A stretch of DNA of 64,000 nt from Paramecium tetraurelia. Its lineage: Eukaryota. Within the stretch, counting starts at the first letter, position 1; each line of letters begins with the position of its first letter. Made by a program: the position numbers and the translations under genes. Of this stretch, positions 1 through 15,457 are shown one piece after another. The DNA lies in contig CT868496.1 of NCBI GenBank assembly GCA_000165425.1, positions 124,001-188,000 of the forward strand, read 5' to 3'. The notes below the pieces were generated by a model, which saw nothing but the letters and a program-made list of their open reading frames with translations, did not search any database and was not told the DNA's origin.

Positions 1-6
1 CAAACA

Positions 7-779
7 TCAACAATTACATTTTTATTACTATTTCTCATTTTCTTACTTTGGATTTGGTCGTAACCATAAATTAATATTCTCTTATGGTTCATTTTGAGTA
101 TAAGAAGCATGATTTTTATCAGAGCCTGCAGCAGATGAATCCTATTATTAAAGAGATCTCATACATTTTTTTATTTTCTTCTGAATTTCTTCTCTTCTAA
201 TTTCATGTTTCTTTTAATGATGAGTAACCTTGACAATTCTTCAAATGCTTGGGATACTCCATGTGATGTTTTAGCACTAGTTTCATAGAATAGCATAAGT
301 TTCTCTTTTGCATAAGTTTATGCTCTCTCAGTAATAACAGCTTTATTTGGTAAATCACTTTTATTTCCAATTAAAAGGACGGTAGTATTCTTTCCTGCAT
401 GCTTGTGAATCTCATCTATCCAAGATTTTTCGATTTCCTCAAATGATGACTAGCAAGTAGTGTCATAGACAATGACAATTCTATTGCTTAGAAAATATTG
501 GAGTACGCATCAGCTCCTTTATAATATGCATTTGTAATGGTTCTGAATCTCTCTTAGCCAGCAGTATCCCAAATCTATAACTTTAAGCCCTTGCCATCTA
601 GTCTAAATGTTTTGAATCTATTTTAAAATTTGAATTAACTTAAAGTCAACTCCAATAGTGGAGATATAATTTTCACTAAATGTGTCATCAGTGTATCTTA
701 CAAGTAGAGAGGACTTACCAACTCCACTATTCCCAATGATAACAAGCTTGAACAAATAGTCGTACTCTCTGTTATTCAT
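7..779 (-). CDS. RAB1: Rab GTPase, Rab1/Ypt1-like
   Basis: [44 protein letters not shown] (Q=TAA), NKSD, ETSAK motifs; C-terminal CNC prenylation motif then TGA at 7-9; several ~23-nt introns. Confidence 0.92.
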
Positions 780-858
780 TAATTACAAATAAATAATGCA
801 TTAAGTATAAGCGTTAACCAAACAAATTCAATGAAATAATAATATTATATATATGCAT

Positions 859-2115
<1,257 letters not shown>

Positions 2116-2895
2116 TTTTATTCAAAAAATTAATGAGATTAGGATAATTTTGTGTGTTATTATTTCCTTAAACTTATTGAGGGTTTATAAAACTAAAAGC
2201 AGATTTATTAATAAGCCAAGTAAGGGGAAATAGAAAGTCTTAGAGAAGTGAACAAAAAGAGGGTTAGACTAAAACAATTAACATTTAATCTCCCTTAATA
2301 TGAAAGTCTCTCTATTTTCTTATTTTATTTGTAAAAATGATGATTTAAAATTTTTACTTACAAAGTAATCTCTCTTAATATTATTTTCTTCTAACGATTT
2401 TTATTAATTTTGAGAGAGAATTTCAACTAACACTATTATAGCTTACTATATTGCTAAGATATCCTTGAAATAAGTCAAAAATTGTAAAAAGTTGTAAACT
2501 AATTTTGAATGTTGACAATCATCTACAATTAATACACACACTTTTATGTATATATGTATTCAAGCTACCCTAATTAAGCTGATTAGCTAAAGAGGATCTC
2601 TTCTTGAAGTATAAAATTTGTAGAAAAAGGTAGAGTAAAACATTTGCCAAAAATTGAAATACTTTTTTTAAATTCATGTAAGTAAATAGAATTTATTGAT
2701 AATGGCAATAGTTAAATAATTAAAAGAACAAAGAATCAGAGCTTGAGCATTGACAGGATGGTAATTTGAATTTTGAATAATCATCTTTGATTGCCTAGTA
2801 TTTTTAATATACAATTCTGGCTATTTTCTGATACCAGCATTTATATTGATGCTAAGGTCTTAGAAATTGAAATATAATTTAAAGATATTTGAAAA

Positions 2896-4795
2896 ATGCC
2901 TCCCAAAAGAGCGTAATCAAAAGCTAAGAAGGTAATTCCTGTAGTGACAGCAAAAGGAAAGAAAGATGCGAAAGCCGCATAAAAAAATACGTAATATAGA
3001 TTTAATAAAATTTAGTAAGGTGGTAGCAAAATAGACACCAAAAAGTGTATCTACAGGCAGAAAAGGTTCAAGTGCAAAGTCGGTGAGTCCTGCCCCACCT
3101 GCAAAATCAGCAACAAAGAATAATGCAAAATCATCATCTGTATCCAAAAAGGATGCTACAGCCACTCCAGCAAAGAAAGATGTTCCAGATAAGAAAAAGA
3201 CATAAAAGAAATCACCATCTCCTCCTCCAAACAAAAAGGTTTAAAAAGAGAAAACAGAATTGAAGACAATTACATTTACAGGATCAGCTCCTGTTGATGA
3301 ATTTGTTCATCAAAAGGATACTTATGTTGTATATGAATAAGGCGGTAAGATCTATGATTGTGCAATGAATCAAACAAATATTATGGAAGATAATAATAAT
3401 AATAAGTTTTACTTTGTATAACTATTGAAAAAGAAGAATGAAAGTAAATATGAAAATGAATAAATTTAGACGCTTATTTTGTATTCACTAGATGGGGAAG
3501 AGTTGGTTAAATTGGATAATTGGCCTTGTAGCCATTTTAAGGCGATTTATCATCAGCAATTAGCTAATACCAGAAGAAGATTCACGAGAAGAGTGTTAAA
3601 GGAGACTATCGTATTTTGGAGAAGGATTATTCAGGAGAAAATGATCCAAAGGCTTTGGAGAAACTGGAGAAATTGAGAGAGTAGAAAGAGAAAGAATCAT
3701 TTAATAAGAGCAAGTTGCATTAGAGAGTGAAAGAGTTGATTAGGTTGATTTTTGATATGAAAATGATGAATAATCAAATGAGAGAGTAAGAATATAATTC
3801 TAAAGTAGAATTGGTTATGATGCAAAGAAGATGCCATTGGGTAAATTAGCAGCAACAACAATCAAAAAAGGATTTGATGTGTTGAAGTAAATATAAGATG
3901 AATTGGATAAGAAGAATAAAAATGTTGTAGAATTACAAAGACTCACGAGTGAATTTTATAGTTAGATTCCACATGATTTTGGAATGAACAAAGCACCTCT
4001 TATTGATACAAAGGAAAAAGTGAAGGCTAAATTGGAAATGTTGGAAGCCATTTAACACATTTAGGTGGCAACCAAAATTTTGGAGGATAGCAAAGATGAT
4101 TCTAATGTGATAGATGAGAACTACAAAAAACTTAACATAGATTTGAAATATTTGGATCATAATAGTGAGAAGGTGAAGACAATCAAGAAATTCATACAAA
4201 ATACATAGGGATATTATAAATTGGAGGTTGAAGATGTCTTTGAATTGACAAAAGATTAAGATGATAAGAGATTCAAGAAGGATCTTGGAAATAGAATGCT
4301 TTTATGGCATGGATCTCGTTTAACCAACTTTGTGGGTATCTTGGGTCAAGGTTTAAGAATAGCTCCACCTGAAGCTCCAGTTACTGGATATAGATTTGGA
4401 AAAGTAACCAATTTAATAAATAATTAAAGGGTGTCTATTTGGCAGATGTGGTTGAAAAATCAGCAAGCTATTGTTGTCCAGATCCAACAACAAAGACTGG
4501 GTTGATTTTGCTTTGTGATGTTGCATTAGGAAATCCAAATATAAAATTGGATTCTGATCATAATGCTAGCAATCTTCCTAAGGGAAAGCATTGCACTTGG
4601 GGTAAAGCTAGAAGTTACCCTCCTGAGAAGTCATATGTAGAAATGCCTGGATTACCTGGAGTGAAGGTTCCAATTGGTAAGCCAGAACCTTCAGATGTTG
4701 AGAAGAAGTCAGGGTTGTGGCACAATGAATTTATAGTGTATGATGTTGCTTAGGTGAGACTTAAGTATTTGATCAAGATGAAGTGGTAAAATTGA
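2896..4795 (+). CDS. Poly(ADP-ribose) polymerase, PARP2-like (K/S/P-rich N-terminus, WGR, regulatory and catalytic domains)
   Basis: FTRWGRVG (WGR), [61 protein letters not shown] catalytic triad present. Confidence 0.93.
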
Positions 4796-5114
4796 TTGAT
4801 TTTATGTTATTTCATTTAATATCATTGTCATCATAAAGTTTAATCTGAGAGTTTGTTTTATTTAATAACATTTTTGATAAATTAAATTTGAATTAATATA
4901 ACATTTTATGCATAAGCGACAAGTTTAAATTGAGACATTAAAGTAAGTATGTTATAATAATAGTTAGTCCTTCAAAGTGTTTTACCCAATCAAGATCACC
5001 GAAATAAAATGTGAAACCCATCCAACCATAAATTTTGAAGCAAATCACTCAATTAATCAAAAACTCAAAAGAAAGGAACACAGAAAGACTTTGCAAACCT
5101 TACGAATAGTTAAA

Positions 5115-6760
5115 ATGCATTTAAAATATACAACCTTCCACTACTTCACGACCAATATAAGGTCGCGATGTTTCAGTCACTTTTCATTAATTACTTTAAT
5201 AGTTCAGAAATTATAAGAAGCAAAACAAAGAGAATTCCTTTAATAGGATCAATAAACCATCAAAAAAAGTGAGACAGATTAGTTTTCCCAATGCTGTTCT
5301 TCTCAACAATTCCAGTAGTGGAAGTCGTATTAAAGATAGTATTTATTTTAAATAAAGGAGCTTCCAATGACAAACTAACTTAAAAAATATTATCGATTGC
5401 CAAAGCTTCACGTTCATAGAATAATTATAAATTACAATTCAATGGAGTAATTGAAGATATGTGTCGATGTTCTTAAGAATATAACAATTTACTGTATGAA
5501 TTCAAAGAAAATTTGAAAAATAATGATTCTCATTACAGAAAGACTTCTTAAAGATGTGCCTCTGCAGACATTTAATTGATTGTAAGAAGTCCAAATAAAA
5601 AATCAAGATCATCATCAATAGATCGAAAGGAATCTCGATTTTTGGGCTCTACACAAGCAAATTCGAATCCAAAAGAATTAGATTTGACATGTGACGAAAA
5701 TGAAATCGTTGTACACAATGTTAATCTTGATGAAAGAATTAAAACTGAACCCGATCCCTTAATAAACCAAGAAAGAATATACTTGGCTGACCCATATTAT
5801 TTAACTAAATAGACCGAAATCACCTGGCTCATAAGAGCTATAGTGATTGATTGGATGATGGAGACAGCCATGGGCAACAGATTAAAGCGCTAAACATTTC
5901 ATTTGTCAATCTTCTATCTAGACTCCTACTTGTCCAAGAAACAAGCTAACAAGCAAAATATCTAATTAGTTGGATTGGCCAGTTTATTGATTGCCAACAA
6001 AGTGGAAGAAGTCAATCCTATTTGTCTTATGCAATTTCAGAAGGCTGCCAATAATGGCTATAAGTAAAGTGAGATCTTAAATATGGAATTGGACATACTA
6101 TTTGTAATTGCCTATTCTTTATATATCTAGACACTCAAATGGTAAGTGAATCCACCGTCCTATACATATTGGATAAATTGGTTTACAGATTAATGGGACA
6201 TCTACGCAAGCAATCATGGGATCAATCTGTTTTTTCGAAAAGCAAATGAAGAATCTTATTAATGTATTTAAATCTTAATAAAAAGTATTTAGAAAGTTAT
6301 GTCAACTTATTGATTGCACTTTATTGGATATTCAAACTCTTCAATACATGCCAAGAACTATCGTTGCCTCCTTTATGTATTTGATAATTTCATTTTAATT
6401 GAATGTCTTTGATATAGATATGCTTGAGATTATGTCCAGAACATCAATGTTTTTATTGAATCGTACGTAGTTTATCTATTCTTTTTAGGCGATAACCAAT
6501 TCAACTTAATATTTGGATAATTTGTGTCAATTACCTTTGGGTTTGCATTACAAGATATTCTACCAGCTATTTAATATGCAGCTGCATTTTACGAATTAGA
6601 AATCAATTATGAAACTCCCCCTGGAGTTGTCCATTTATCCAACACTCCTTTGGAAGTAAGATTTATGTTTTAAGTTTAGTCGAATTACGAAGAATTTCTT
6701 TCATTTTAATGTTATTCAAAATACTTACTTGAATTTGTTAGATAAAAAACAAGAGATTGA
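5115..6760 (+). CDS. Cyclin (A/E-like cyclin box); start approximate
   Basis: IRAIVIDWMMETAMGNRLKRQTFHLSIFYLDSYLS...QLVGLASLLIANKVEE cyclin box; TGA at 6758-6760; 5' exon structure uncertain. Confidence 0.85.
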
Positions 6761-6806
6761 TATATTTAATTAATTAATACACGTATAATAATTTTAATTA
6801 AAAATT

Positions 6807-7056
6807 ATGAGTTAAGAGACATTGAATGGAATAAATGGAATTCTGACAGACGTTCAAAGTTTTGGACAAGAAAGCTACAGGTTCATTAGAAAATGCACTA
6901 AACCAGATAAAAGAGGTAAGTGATAGATCTAAAATCATAGAATACATAAAGATTGCAACATCATGTGCAATTGGATTTGCAGTTATGGGAGCAGTGGGTT
7001 ATTTCATAAAATTAGTATTCATTCCTATTAACAACATCATCCTCAGCGCAAATTGA
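6807..7056 (+). CDS. SEC61G: Protein translocon Sec61 gamma subunit
   Basis: [11 protein letters not shown][25-nt intron 6916-6940][34 protein letters not shown]. Confidence 0.95.
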
Positions 7057-7117
7057 TTTATTTTGTTTATTTAACATAATAATATAGGAATTGTGTTTAT
7101 ATATTTCTAAATATGAT

Positions 7118-9462
7118 TCATTTAGACAACTATTTGTAGTTCTTTTTCTCGTGTGTTCTTAATTCATGTGGAGACATGCCAATCTTCAATTTCAAATCTC
7201 GAAATGTTGCATCACCAAAATATTGATTGTATCTCCTCTTATATTTGCTTTGTTCTTTATTGAGTTTCTATTCACATTTAAAACAATAGAACAATAGCTT
7301 TTGTGCTTCCTCTATGCTCCCTAGAAATCCCAAACAACTTAGATGATACCATTCCGAACATATCTCACATTCTAATATGATTAATAATACAATACACATC
7401 ATTTCTTCATTCTCATTCTATTATTTGCAAATGCAATATTGTAGACTGAATGCTTCTTTAGGTATTTTAATTTTCAGTGAAATATTATTTGACCCATTCA
7501 TCTTTTGTTATTTTTTATGATGTTTAAAGATCTTGGGTCTTGAATAAATTGAGTGTCTCTTCCTATTAGGTAATTCTTAAGTATTTCTCATCTATAATTG
7601 AGAGAGAGTATTTGATAACTTCTTCTTCTTTCTCATTCTCATTGCTCTTTGATACAGAACATAGGCTTATTATGAAGAGTACTTCTCATTAGCCAATTAC
7701 TACCAAATCCTATCCTTTTCTTCCAAATCGTATATGGACAATCTTTTCAACGGATATTAGATATCAGTAACTTAGTTCTTTTCAATTGTAATAATGAATT
7801 TTTCATCCTATTCCATTATTTCAGTAATTTTTTAAAATAGCTACTCATTCTCTAATTTAATATCAGCTTCTATTTCTTCTTGTTACACTTTTATTTAAAA
7901 TTTTTCAAATTCCAAATCATTGTTCTTTGGTTTATGAGCCAAATATTATTCTAATTTTTCGTATTGCTTGAAAAAATAGTAGATCTCTTCCTTCCATAGA
8001 TTGTGTTAATCTTCAAATATTCTCTTTATTTTTAGAGGTTGATGTTTGAAACAGAAGATCTCATCAGTTTCCATATAAATTTATGATCTTCTTGCACATT
8101 CAGGATGAAATGCAATTCCACATTTTTATTTGGCACAATAAATGCAAGCTCCAGTCTTTTTTGTTTTGCAAATACTGCATAAACAATTAAACTTTCTCTT
8201 ATCAATTTTCAGTAAATCAAAATCCAACCAAAGCATACAGGAAACATGAGCCCATATTTTCTCGGAATTTGGAGTTTCTCCAACCATGTTATCTAAAGAG
8301 TACTATAAAATCATGAAATTATATCCTTCCTCTCCATCAGGAGGAGGTTCTAAATTATATTTAAAATCATTCTTACTTTGTCTATCAATTCTATTGTTCA
8401 TTGCATAACTATGATAGTTAGGATTTGATTGCTCAAATATTGAATCCTTCATTGCCAACGTTGTCTAACGCATAGCTCCTCCTAACTTGGGACAAAGTGG
8501 ACATTTCAAAAATTTGCCTTTACTTCCAAAATTCAAACACAAATCACAAATCCAGTTGTTTATGATGTTTTCAAGACCATAACACTTCTAATGAACTTTT
8601 ATTTGACATTTCTAACATATTAATAAAGATTCTAGAGTTCTCGCTCCTTGATTGCAAATTTAACAATTATTGTAGACATTTTATAATTTCCTAGCAGTTC
8701 CAGCCAAATTGGATTGTTTTGATTAATTAATTATTTGTTCATCGTATATTCTAGCAATATGGTGATTCTATATATACTTTTATTGGCTCTCAAGATGGGT
8801 CAGATATTGATTTTCAACATCAGTCAATCCAACTAGATCTTTCAAAATAAAATCGGGTTAATTTTATATCTGTAAGATGGGCTTTTCAATCTAAATCGCA
8901 TCTATCTAATTTCTCAATTGTCTTCTGGTCTCGAGTAATTGATGTTCAATTTTAGTTTGTAATGATTCCAAATCATTTTTGGGTTATAATTCTTTTAACC
9001 ATCTATCTTAGATTAAAGATTACTATGTTTCTCATTTCCAATATGAACCAATCATCGAAATACGTATAAGGACGAGACTCTTTATCCTAATCCACTTGAA
9101 ATTCTTCCTCTATACTATAATTTAAATCAATTGGATTACTTTATGCTTTTAGGATCTACCTCTTTTTAAAAGTATTGAGAACTAATAAGAAACCAGAAGG
9201 TTATTGGAGTAAAGTGCTTTATAGGAGTGATTTTAGAATAAGGTTCCACCCAATTAATGTCATTTAATCTTTACACAATTTCAAACAATTATCGATAAGT
9301 TTTCCCATGATTAAGCGGATTTTCGAGTAATGGGTTTTAATCCAACTCTTAACCAATTGGGTCTAGAACGTATTGGCCCTCCTTTTAATCCTCATTTTGA
9401 ATTTCATTAAAGGAGGGAAACATAAATTATTCTAAATTTTCAAAGCTGCTATCTAGAGACAT
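7118..9462 (-). CDS. PZP (PHD-Zn knuckle-ePHD) chromatin reader, BRPF/JADE/AF10-like, with an extra C-terminal PHD
   Basis: CQIC...CQKCQIKVHQKCYG..WICDLC; CPLCPKLGGAM; WAHVSC...CSICKQKKTGACIYC...FHPECA; C-terminal YCIC...CEICSEWYHLSC. Confidence 0.88.
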
Positions 9463-11149
9463 TTTAAATTAAAAAATAAATATCTTTATTTTCATTTCAT
9501 TTTTAATTATATAATCCTACCATTTCTATAAATCACTCGCCTGCTCTAACCAATCATTTGATTTTTTATCGATACTAAGGTTCACAACTCTTATTTTGCA
9601 CATATCATTGCAATTACACCTTTAATTTCTATTTAATGGCACTAAACTCTTTGATTTACTCTTCTTTAGAAACTTAACCCGATAAATTGTTGATATCTCA
9701 AAATTAAACTATTGTAAATTAAAGTTATTAGGAAAAGAGTAAAACCATATGGTGATTCACCATATTTAGTAGAATATAAATAGATTTTACTATTTGAAAT
9801 GGAATAAATTCTCATTTTACATCATTTGATTCAATAAACTAATATTTCCTCCAAAAGGCTATGCCAATATACTACTATTTCTTTTTTTTTCAACTGCATT
9901 CAAGTGTGAAAATTCAGAAAAAAACTAGAAAAACTCTTAAACTTTTTAAAATATTCAAAGTAATTAAATAACACTGTATGCAATTATTTTAAATATCTCA
10001 TAAGATATTCAAGTCAAGTGGAATCAGACATTCAGCTTTCTCAAATAATATTTACTTCATCTATGCAATAGTAGGGGTAACATTCATTTTATTAAGTATG
10101 AAAAATATTATTGTGTTATTGTTTCTTAAATTTGTTATAATAAGTATCTTCGGCTCCTTATTTAATTTTTAGACAAAATTCTATAATATTCATGATGATA
10201 TTAAGATAGAAGTTTAACTGTATTTTAAAAATGTCCTTAATTTTATAATATTGTAAAAATTGGTCTGCGGTTTTATTAGTATTATCAAGGACGTAGGCTT
10301 TTAAAGAATTTAAAATATCTTAATATAAAATGATTTAATAAGATACAATCACATTTCTTTTTGAATCCTGGCCAAATTCATTTACGAATTTCAATAATCC
10401 GTAGTAATTTTATTATGTGTGAATATACTCAATAAGTTGGTGATATCATCATATGGTAGAATTAAACATAAAATTTTGAAATCGAATTGCATTTTAAATA
10501 TCTCCCAATATGAAATAAGAATAACAATTAAAGATGGATACATTCTATATTTTCATAGCTATATTTTGAAACTTAAAAATTCGATTAAGAATTTATGAAA
10601 TTCAAGATTACAAGGATCAATGTTTGTCAAATTTTATTGAATTAATAATAAATTAATATTAATTATTTAGATATTACATAAATATATATTTTGGCTACTA
10701 TTGCTTAAAATGGAAATCCTTAAATATGAATTATTACAAATCTGAGAATAATAATACTAATATTTTTTCAAAATCTTTCCGTATAACGGGATGAAACTCT
10801 TCTATAACTCTTTTCATTTTTTTATTAGGATTGTTTTGTAAAGCATAATTTAAAGAAGAGCATTAAATCCTTAGAAAATAATATTGCTATCATATAAATA
10901 GCAAGTCATTAATAGAAAGGAAAGAAATCATATGTGATAGTAAAACATTGAAATGAAATAAGGAAGAAAATTCAAGAATTCATACTGTTGAACCATCATT
11001 AGTAACTGCTCATAAAATAGCACAAAATTCTAAGATTCTTTTTTGATTATTCCGGATTTGGATGAAAATTTGTCTATTAAATGAATAGAAGATTTCCAAG
11101 GAATAATCTGAATAATAATAGTGATTTATATAATTCAATAAAATAATTA

Positions 11150-13960
11150 ATGAGACCCTTCACGAGTACTCCTCAAATTTAACACAGGGAATAAGCATAA
11201 GTAAATAACCCATTTATATAGTTAAAGTCTGCTATTGAGTTTCGTCAAAATGTTCAACATTATAAGTATATTGATTATCTATATCCGAAGACCGAAATTC
11301 TATGTAACCAAGGCGCATTAGGATTCGAATGAGCAATTCCTTTCCAGGTATTCGAGAATATTCATATTTAAGCAAAACACGGGATCCGCCAAATTCTAGA
11401 GAATTCAAGAAGACCATTCCCATAACAATGGTTTAGGATAAGGAAAGATTGTATGAGGAACTTAATAAGACAAAACAGATGTGTAATAATCTAAAATTGG
11501 AGAATCACTAGCTGAAAGCATAAATAAAAAGTTAGGAAACTGCCATGCTCAAATGTAGTGATGTACTTCATAATTTTATTTAGCCTGCGAATGAAGATTA
11601 CCAATCCTTTGTTACAAATCCATTGCCTTCGCATTATAAGAAACAAATTAGTGAAGTCCCACAATCGACTATTATTTTGTAATTGAAGAAACAGAATAAG
11701 GATTTGAGAGAAGAGCTAGATGATTTTAAAGAGGAGATGATAAGAGTGAAGAGAAGTGCCAAATTGACAAAAATTTAAGAATTGGAAGCTGAATTGAAAA
11801 ATTATTAAGATGAATCATTGCGTCTGAAACAGCTTCTTCATCAATAAATATTGAAGACAATGAAACCGTAAATTATTTCTTGAACTTTCTAGTTCCAAAA
11901 CAGAATAAAATATCGAGGAAAGAATCCTAACCTTATAAGAACAGTTGCAGAAATGCAGCTTAGCGAAAAATAAATATTATTAAGAATTGAAGAAGGCTGA
12001 AGAAGAAATTAAAGATTTGAAAGTACTGAATTAGGAGTTGGACTAGAATTACTAGAAAAGCATTAAGGAAAAGACTTAAATCAAGAAGCAATTAACTTCA
12101 TTAGAAGAATAATTCAATAAGGCTTAATTAAATGATCCATTATTCAGAAGAGGATAAGATGTTACTTAAATGAAGTTGGAATTAGAGAGAAAAGTTGTAG
12201 AGAATAATCAATTAAAAAATGATAATATGATAAAGGATAAGAAGGTTCATGATTTGGAAAGATAACTAAAGGATGTTACAAGTACCTTCCAAGATAAATT
12301 GAATACAGTCACAAAGGAAAAGGAAAGCTTTAAAGAGAAATACGAGAAGCAAAAGCAAGAACTTATTGAATTGCAAGATAAATATTAACAATTGTTTTTC
12401 AACAGCAATAGGAATCTTCAATCATAGTAAATTTAAAGTGGCAGAAGGGATGCCATTTTCACAGTGCAATCTTAAGAGGATGTTCAGAATCCAAGGAGAA
12501 AATCTCAAGAACTTACACCTGACCTGCACAAATAAAATGATACATAATAACAATAACAATAATCTACTCAATAAGAGAAACAAAGCTATAGAAGGAAAGT
12601 GCAAAGAAAGTTGAGTTCAATTCGACAGGATGACATTGAAGAGTTGCTTACTTAGTTAAGATACAAGTTGAGGGCATAGAATATCAGGAATGCAGAATTA
12701 GAATTATATCTATTTCGGTAGAAGGATACAAATGAGACTTCTTTAGGGGAGATGATTTAGATTCTACAGAACAAGCCTTTTAATTTAAATCAAAATGAAA
12801 GTGTATTGATATCTCGTTATTTGATTGAACCTTATGGTGAGAAGGAAATCACTTATAACATCAATTTAACCAAAGAAAATGAGAGCATTTTACAGACCTT
12901 GATAAGAGCAATTGGTAAATACAATATATTGGTTGGAGAGGATAGAATTCAAATGCATGAACAGATAAGACAAAAACTGAATGAAAAAAAAGATGATTTG
13001 ATGGCCTATTTAAAGCCTAAGAAGTAACAAGGAAATTCACAACAATCAATATCAGCTCAATTACCAGGCAGTTTAGTGAATAGATAACAATTCAAAACAG
13101 CATTATTATAGACTTCATTGGATGAGGAATAGACAGATGTGTTGTTATAAACAATATATGAATAAACTTAGGATTTCAATTTCATAGATTTGGATATGGT
13201 TTTTGAGACTTGGCCAAGTTCAGGACCAATTAAAATAACTAGAGTTCAAGTAGAATAATAAAAAGAAGATGGGGAATTGCCTGATACAGTTAGGGAATGT
13301 ATAGAGTGTTTGTTAGAATATGCTAATAAAAACGGATTATCAATATTAGACTTAAGAAAGCAGATTGATGAGGATAATAGTGGTCACGTGGAGAGATCTG
13401 AGATGAAATAGTTTTTGCTTAAGTGTGATATTCAATTAAATAATGAACAGTATGATTTGATTTTAGATCACTTTGATTTGGAGGGAGATGGCAGGATATC
13501 GACTAATGATATTGGTGTTGTATTGAATAAGGCATATAATTAAAAGATGTTGGCCATGAAGGAACAGAGAAGTGCGAAGAAAACTTCGAAATGTATTAAT
13601 ATATATATTTAGAAATCTTAAATTTGGTGGCAAATCATTTTGTTTAATTTATGTAGGCTAATAAATTGGATCTATTTCAAATATTCATGACTATTGATTA
13701 GGATGGCTCTGGATCTGTGAGCAGGGATGAGTTTAAATAAATGTTGAGAACTCGAGTAAGTGTATATACTTAAATGGAAGATTGTAATTCCTTTGGATTA
13801 GGAAGAGTATGCAGAGTTTTTTAAACTGATTGATAATACAAATGATGGACAGATACACTTCAATGAGTTTTAATAGCACATGATACCTGAGATTGAGAAG
13901 ATCACCTAGAAACCCTATCACGAATTGTTAAATGAGCAAATTACTAAGAAAGTTGGATGA
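11150..13960 (+). CDS. Coiled-coil protein with C-terminal EF-hands
   Basis: Long heptad-rich region (KERLYEELNKTK...); EF loops DEDNSGHVERSE, DLEGDGRISTND, DQDGSGSVSRDE, DNNNDGQIHFNE; several short introns. Confidence 0.82.
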
Positions 13961-13988
13961 TTATTATATTAATATATGGATTAAAATA

Positions 13989-15410
13989 TCAAGTATTTAA
14001 AAATTCATTTAAAGAAAATATTTGTTCTGTTTGTGAAGTCAGCGATCTCAAAGCCTGAATGCCTTCAGATTTGATGAACTCTTCCTTCCATTTCTCGTAT
14101 TTCTCCTTGTTCGTATTTCTGACTTTGGTGAATATGGATTGCAATAATTCAACAGTCTTACAATTGACCTATACGTTGTCCTAATTCAAATTCAACTTCA
14201 GATTTTTAATGATTATCCTGATCAACTATTAATCAATTAAACTTTGCACTTAGTCGATGTCTCCTAGAAGTACCAAGTTTTCGAATATTGAGACTATCTT
14301 CAATAGAGCAAATTCCTTTTGTTCGACACTGTACACTCGAATTACAATTGATACAATAGTTTTCTATTCAAAAAGAAAGGACACTCCAAGTGATTTATTG
14401 CTAATCTAAACCAGGAAGGCAAGACATCTATGAAAAGTGGCATTATCCTTACAATCTAGCAATTTTTAGACCTACCTCATTATTCCTTGTTTCAAAACAA
14501 ATTAGAATTACTGATCAGTTCCTGATAAAACAAATATCAAATTTGTTAAAATGACTTATAATAATTCATATTCTGATTCGTGTTTTTTCATTAGTTATAC
14601 AAATCTTGCAATGATATCAAGGTCTAAGAGTAATTGGATTCGTTTGAGGTGGTTTTCTTTCAATGGAGGCAAGGGTATCCATTTTCCAGTGACTATGCAG
14701 ATGCATTTGGTTATGATTCCAATCTTATTTTCTTAGTGAATTTTATCGATAATAAACAGTAAACTAGATTTTATGAGTTCGAATTTCATTGAAGGCTTTT
14801 TGGTACACAATGAGTAGAGGGTTTTTAAACAGAACTCTGGTTCTTTTGCGTATCTCTTGAAGATAAACTGTTCACATTAATTGTTGAGGAACTATTTACA
14901 GAAAGGCTTGGAATGCCTTATTTTAGCAGCCTATAACACTGCCACAAGTCCGGTAAATGCAATTAAATCGATGTTTGATTACAGCATAAGGGAGAGGCTG
15001 GAAATCAGACCTTATTGTAAGATCAGTTCCACTTATTGAGATGTTCCACAAAGTAAGCATATGAGGATTTGAGTCGAGTCTATAGTGCTTTGAATTGAAT
15101 ATTGAACTTATATTAAATGTATTAGGGGCTAAATGATATTATTTTGAATGATGAATTAGGTGAAGTGATACTGATTCCCAGCCTCATCCAAATCAAGGGG
15201 GAAGGTCTCTATGTGGAATTCCAAAAAGATGAGTCGTAGTAATCTTTATAGAGCAATATGAATAGAGATGTAGTCTTCAGAATGCAGTTGCGATTTAATC
15301 GATTAAATATGTTCTCTTGTGATATAGAGAGAGTGTATTGAATCCACTTGGGATAATAGGTAATTTCGGTCTTATTCATTGATTCTATCGTCTACAATGT
15401 ATTCATCCAT
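13989..15410 (-). CDS. Armadillo-repeat protein, divergent importin-alpha-like
   Basis: Continuous code-6 frame from MDEYIVDD; LLCGTSQQVELILQQGLISSL resembles importin-alpha ARM repeat 2; no IBB domain visible. Confidence 0.6.
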
Positions 15411-15457
15411 TAAATATTAATGTTGGAAACATGTGATGTTTTAGAATCCAAATTAAT

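Noticed and set aside
2917..3234. Antisense or off-frame ORFs in the track (e.g. 2917-3234, 12422-12604, 16126-16374, 34931-35338, 54876-55127)
   Set aside because: They are shadows of real code-6 genes on the other strand or frame.
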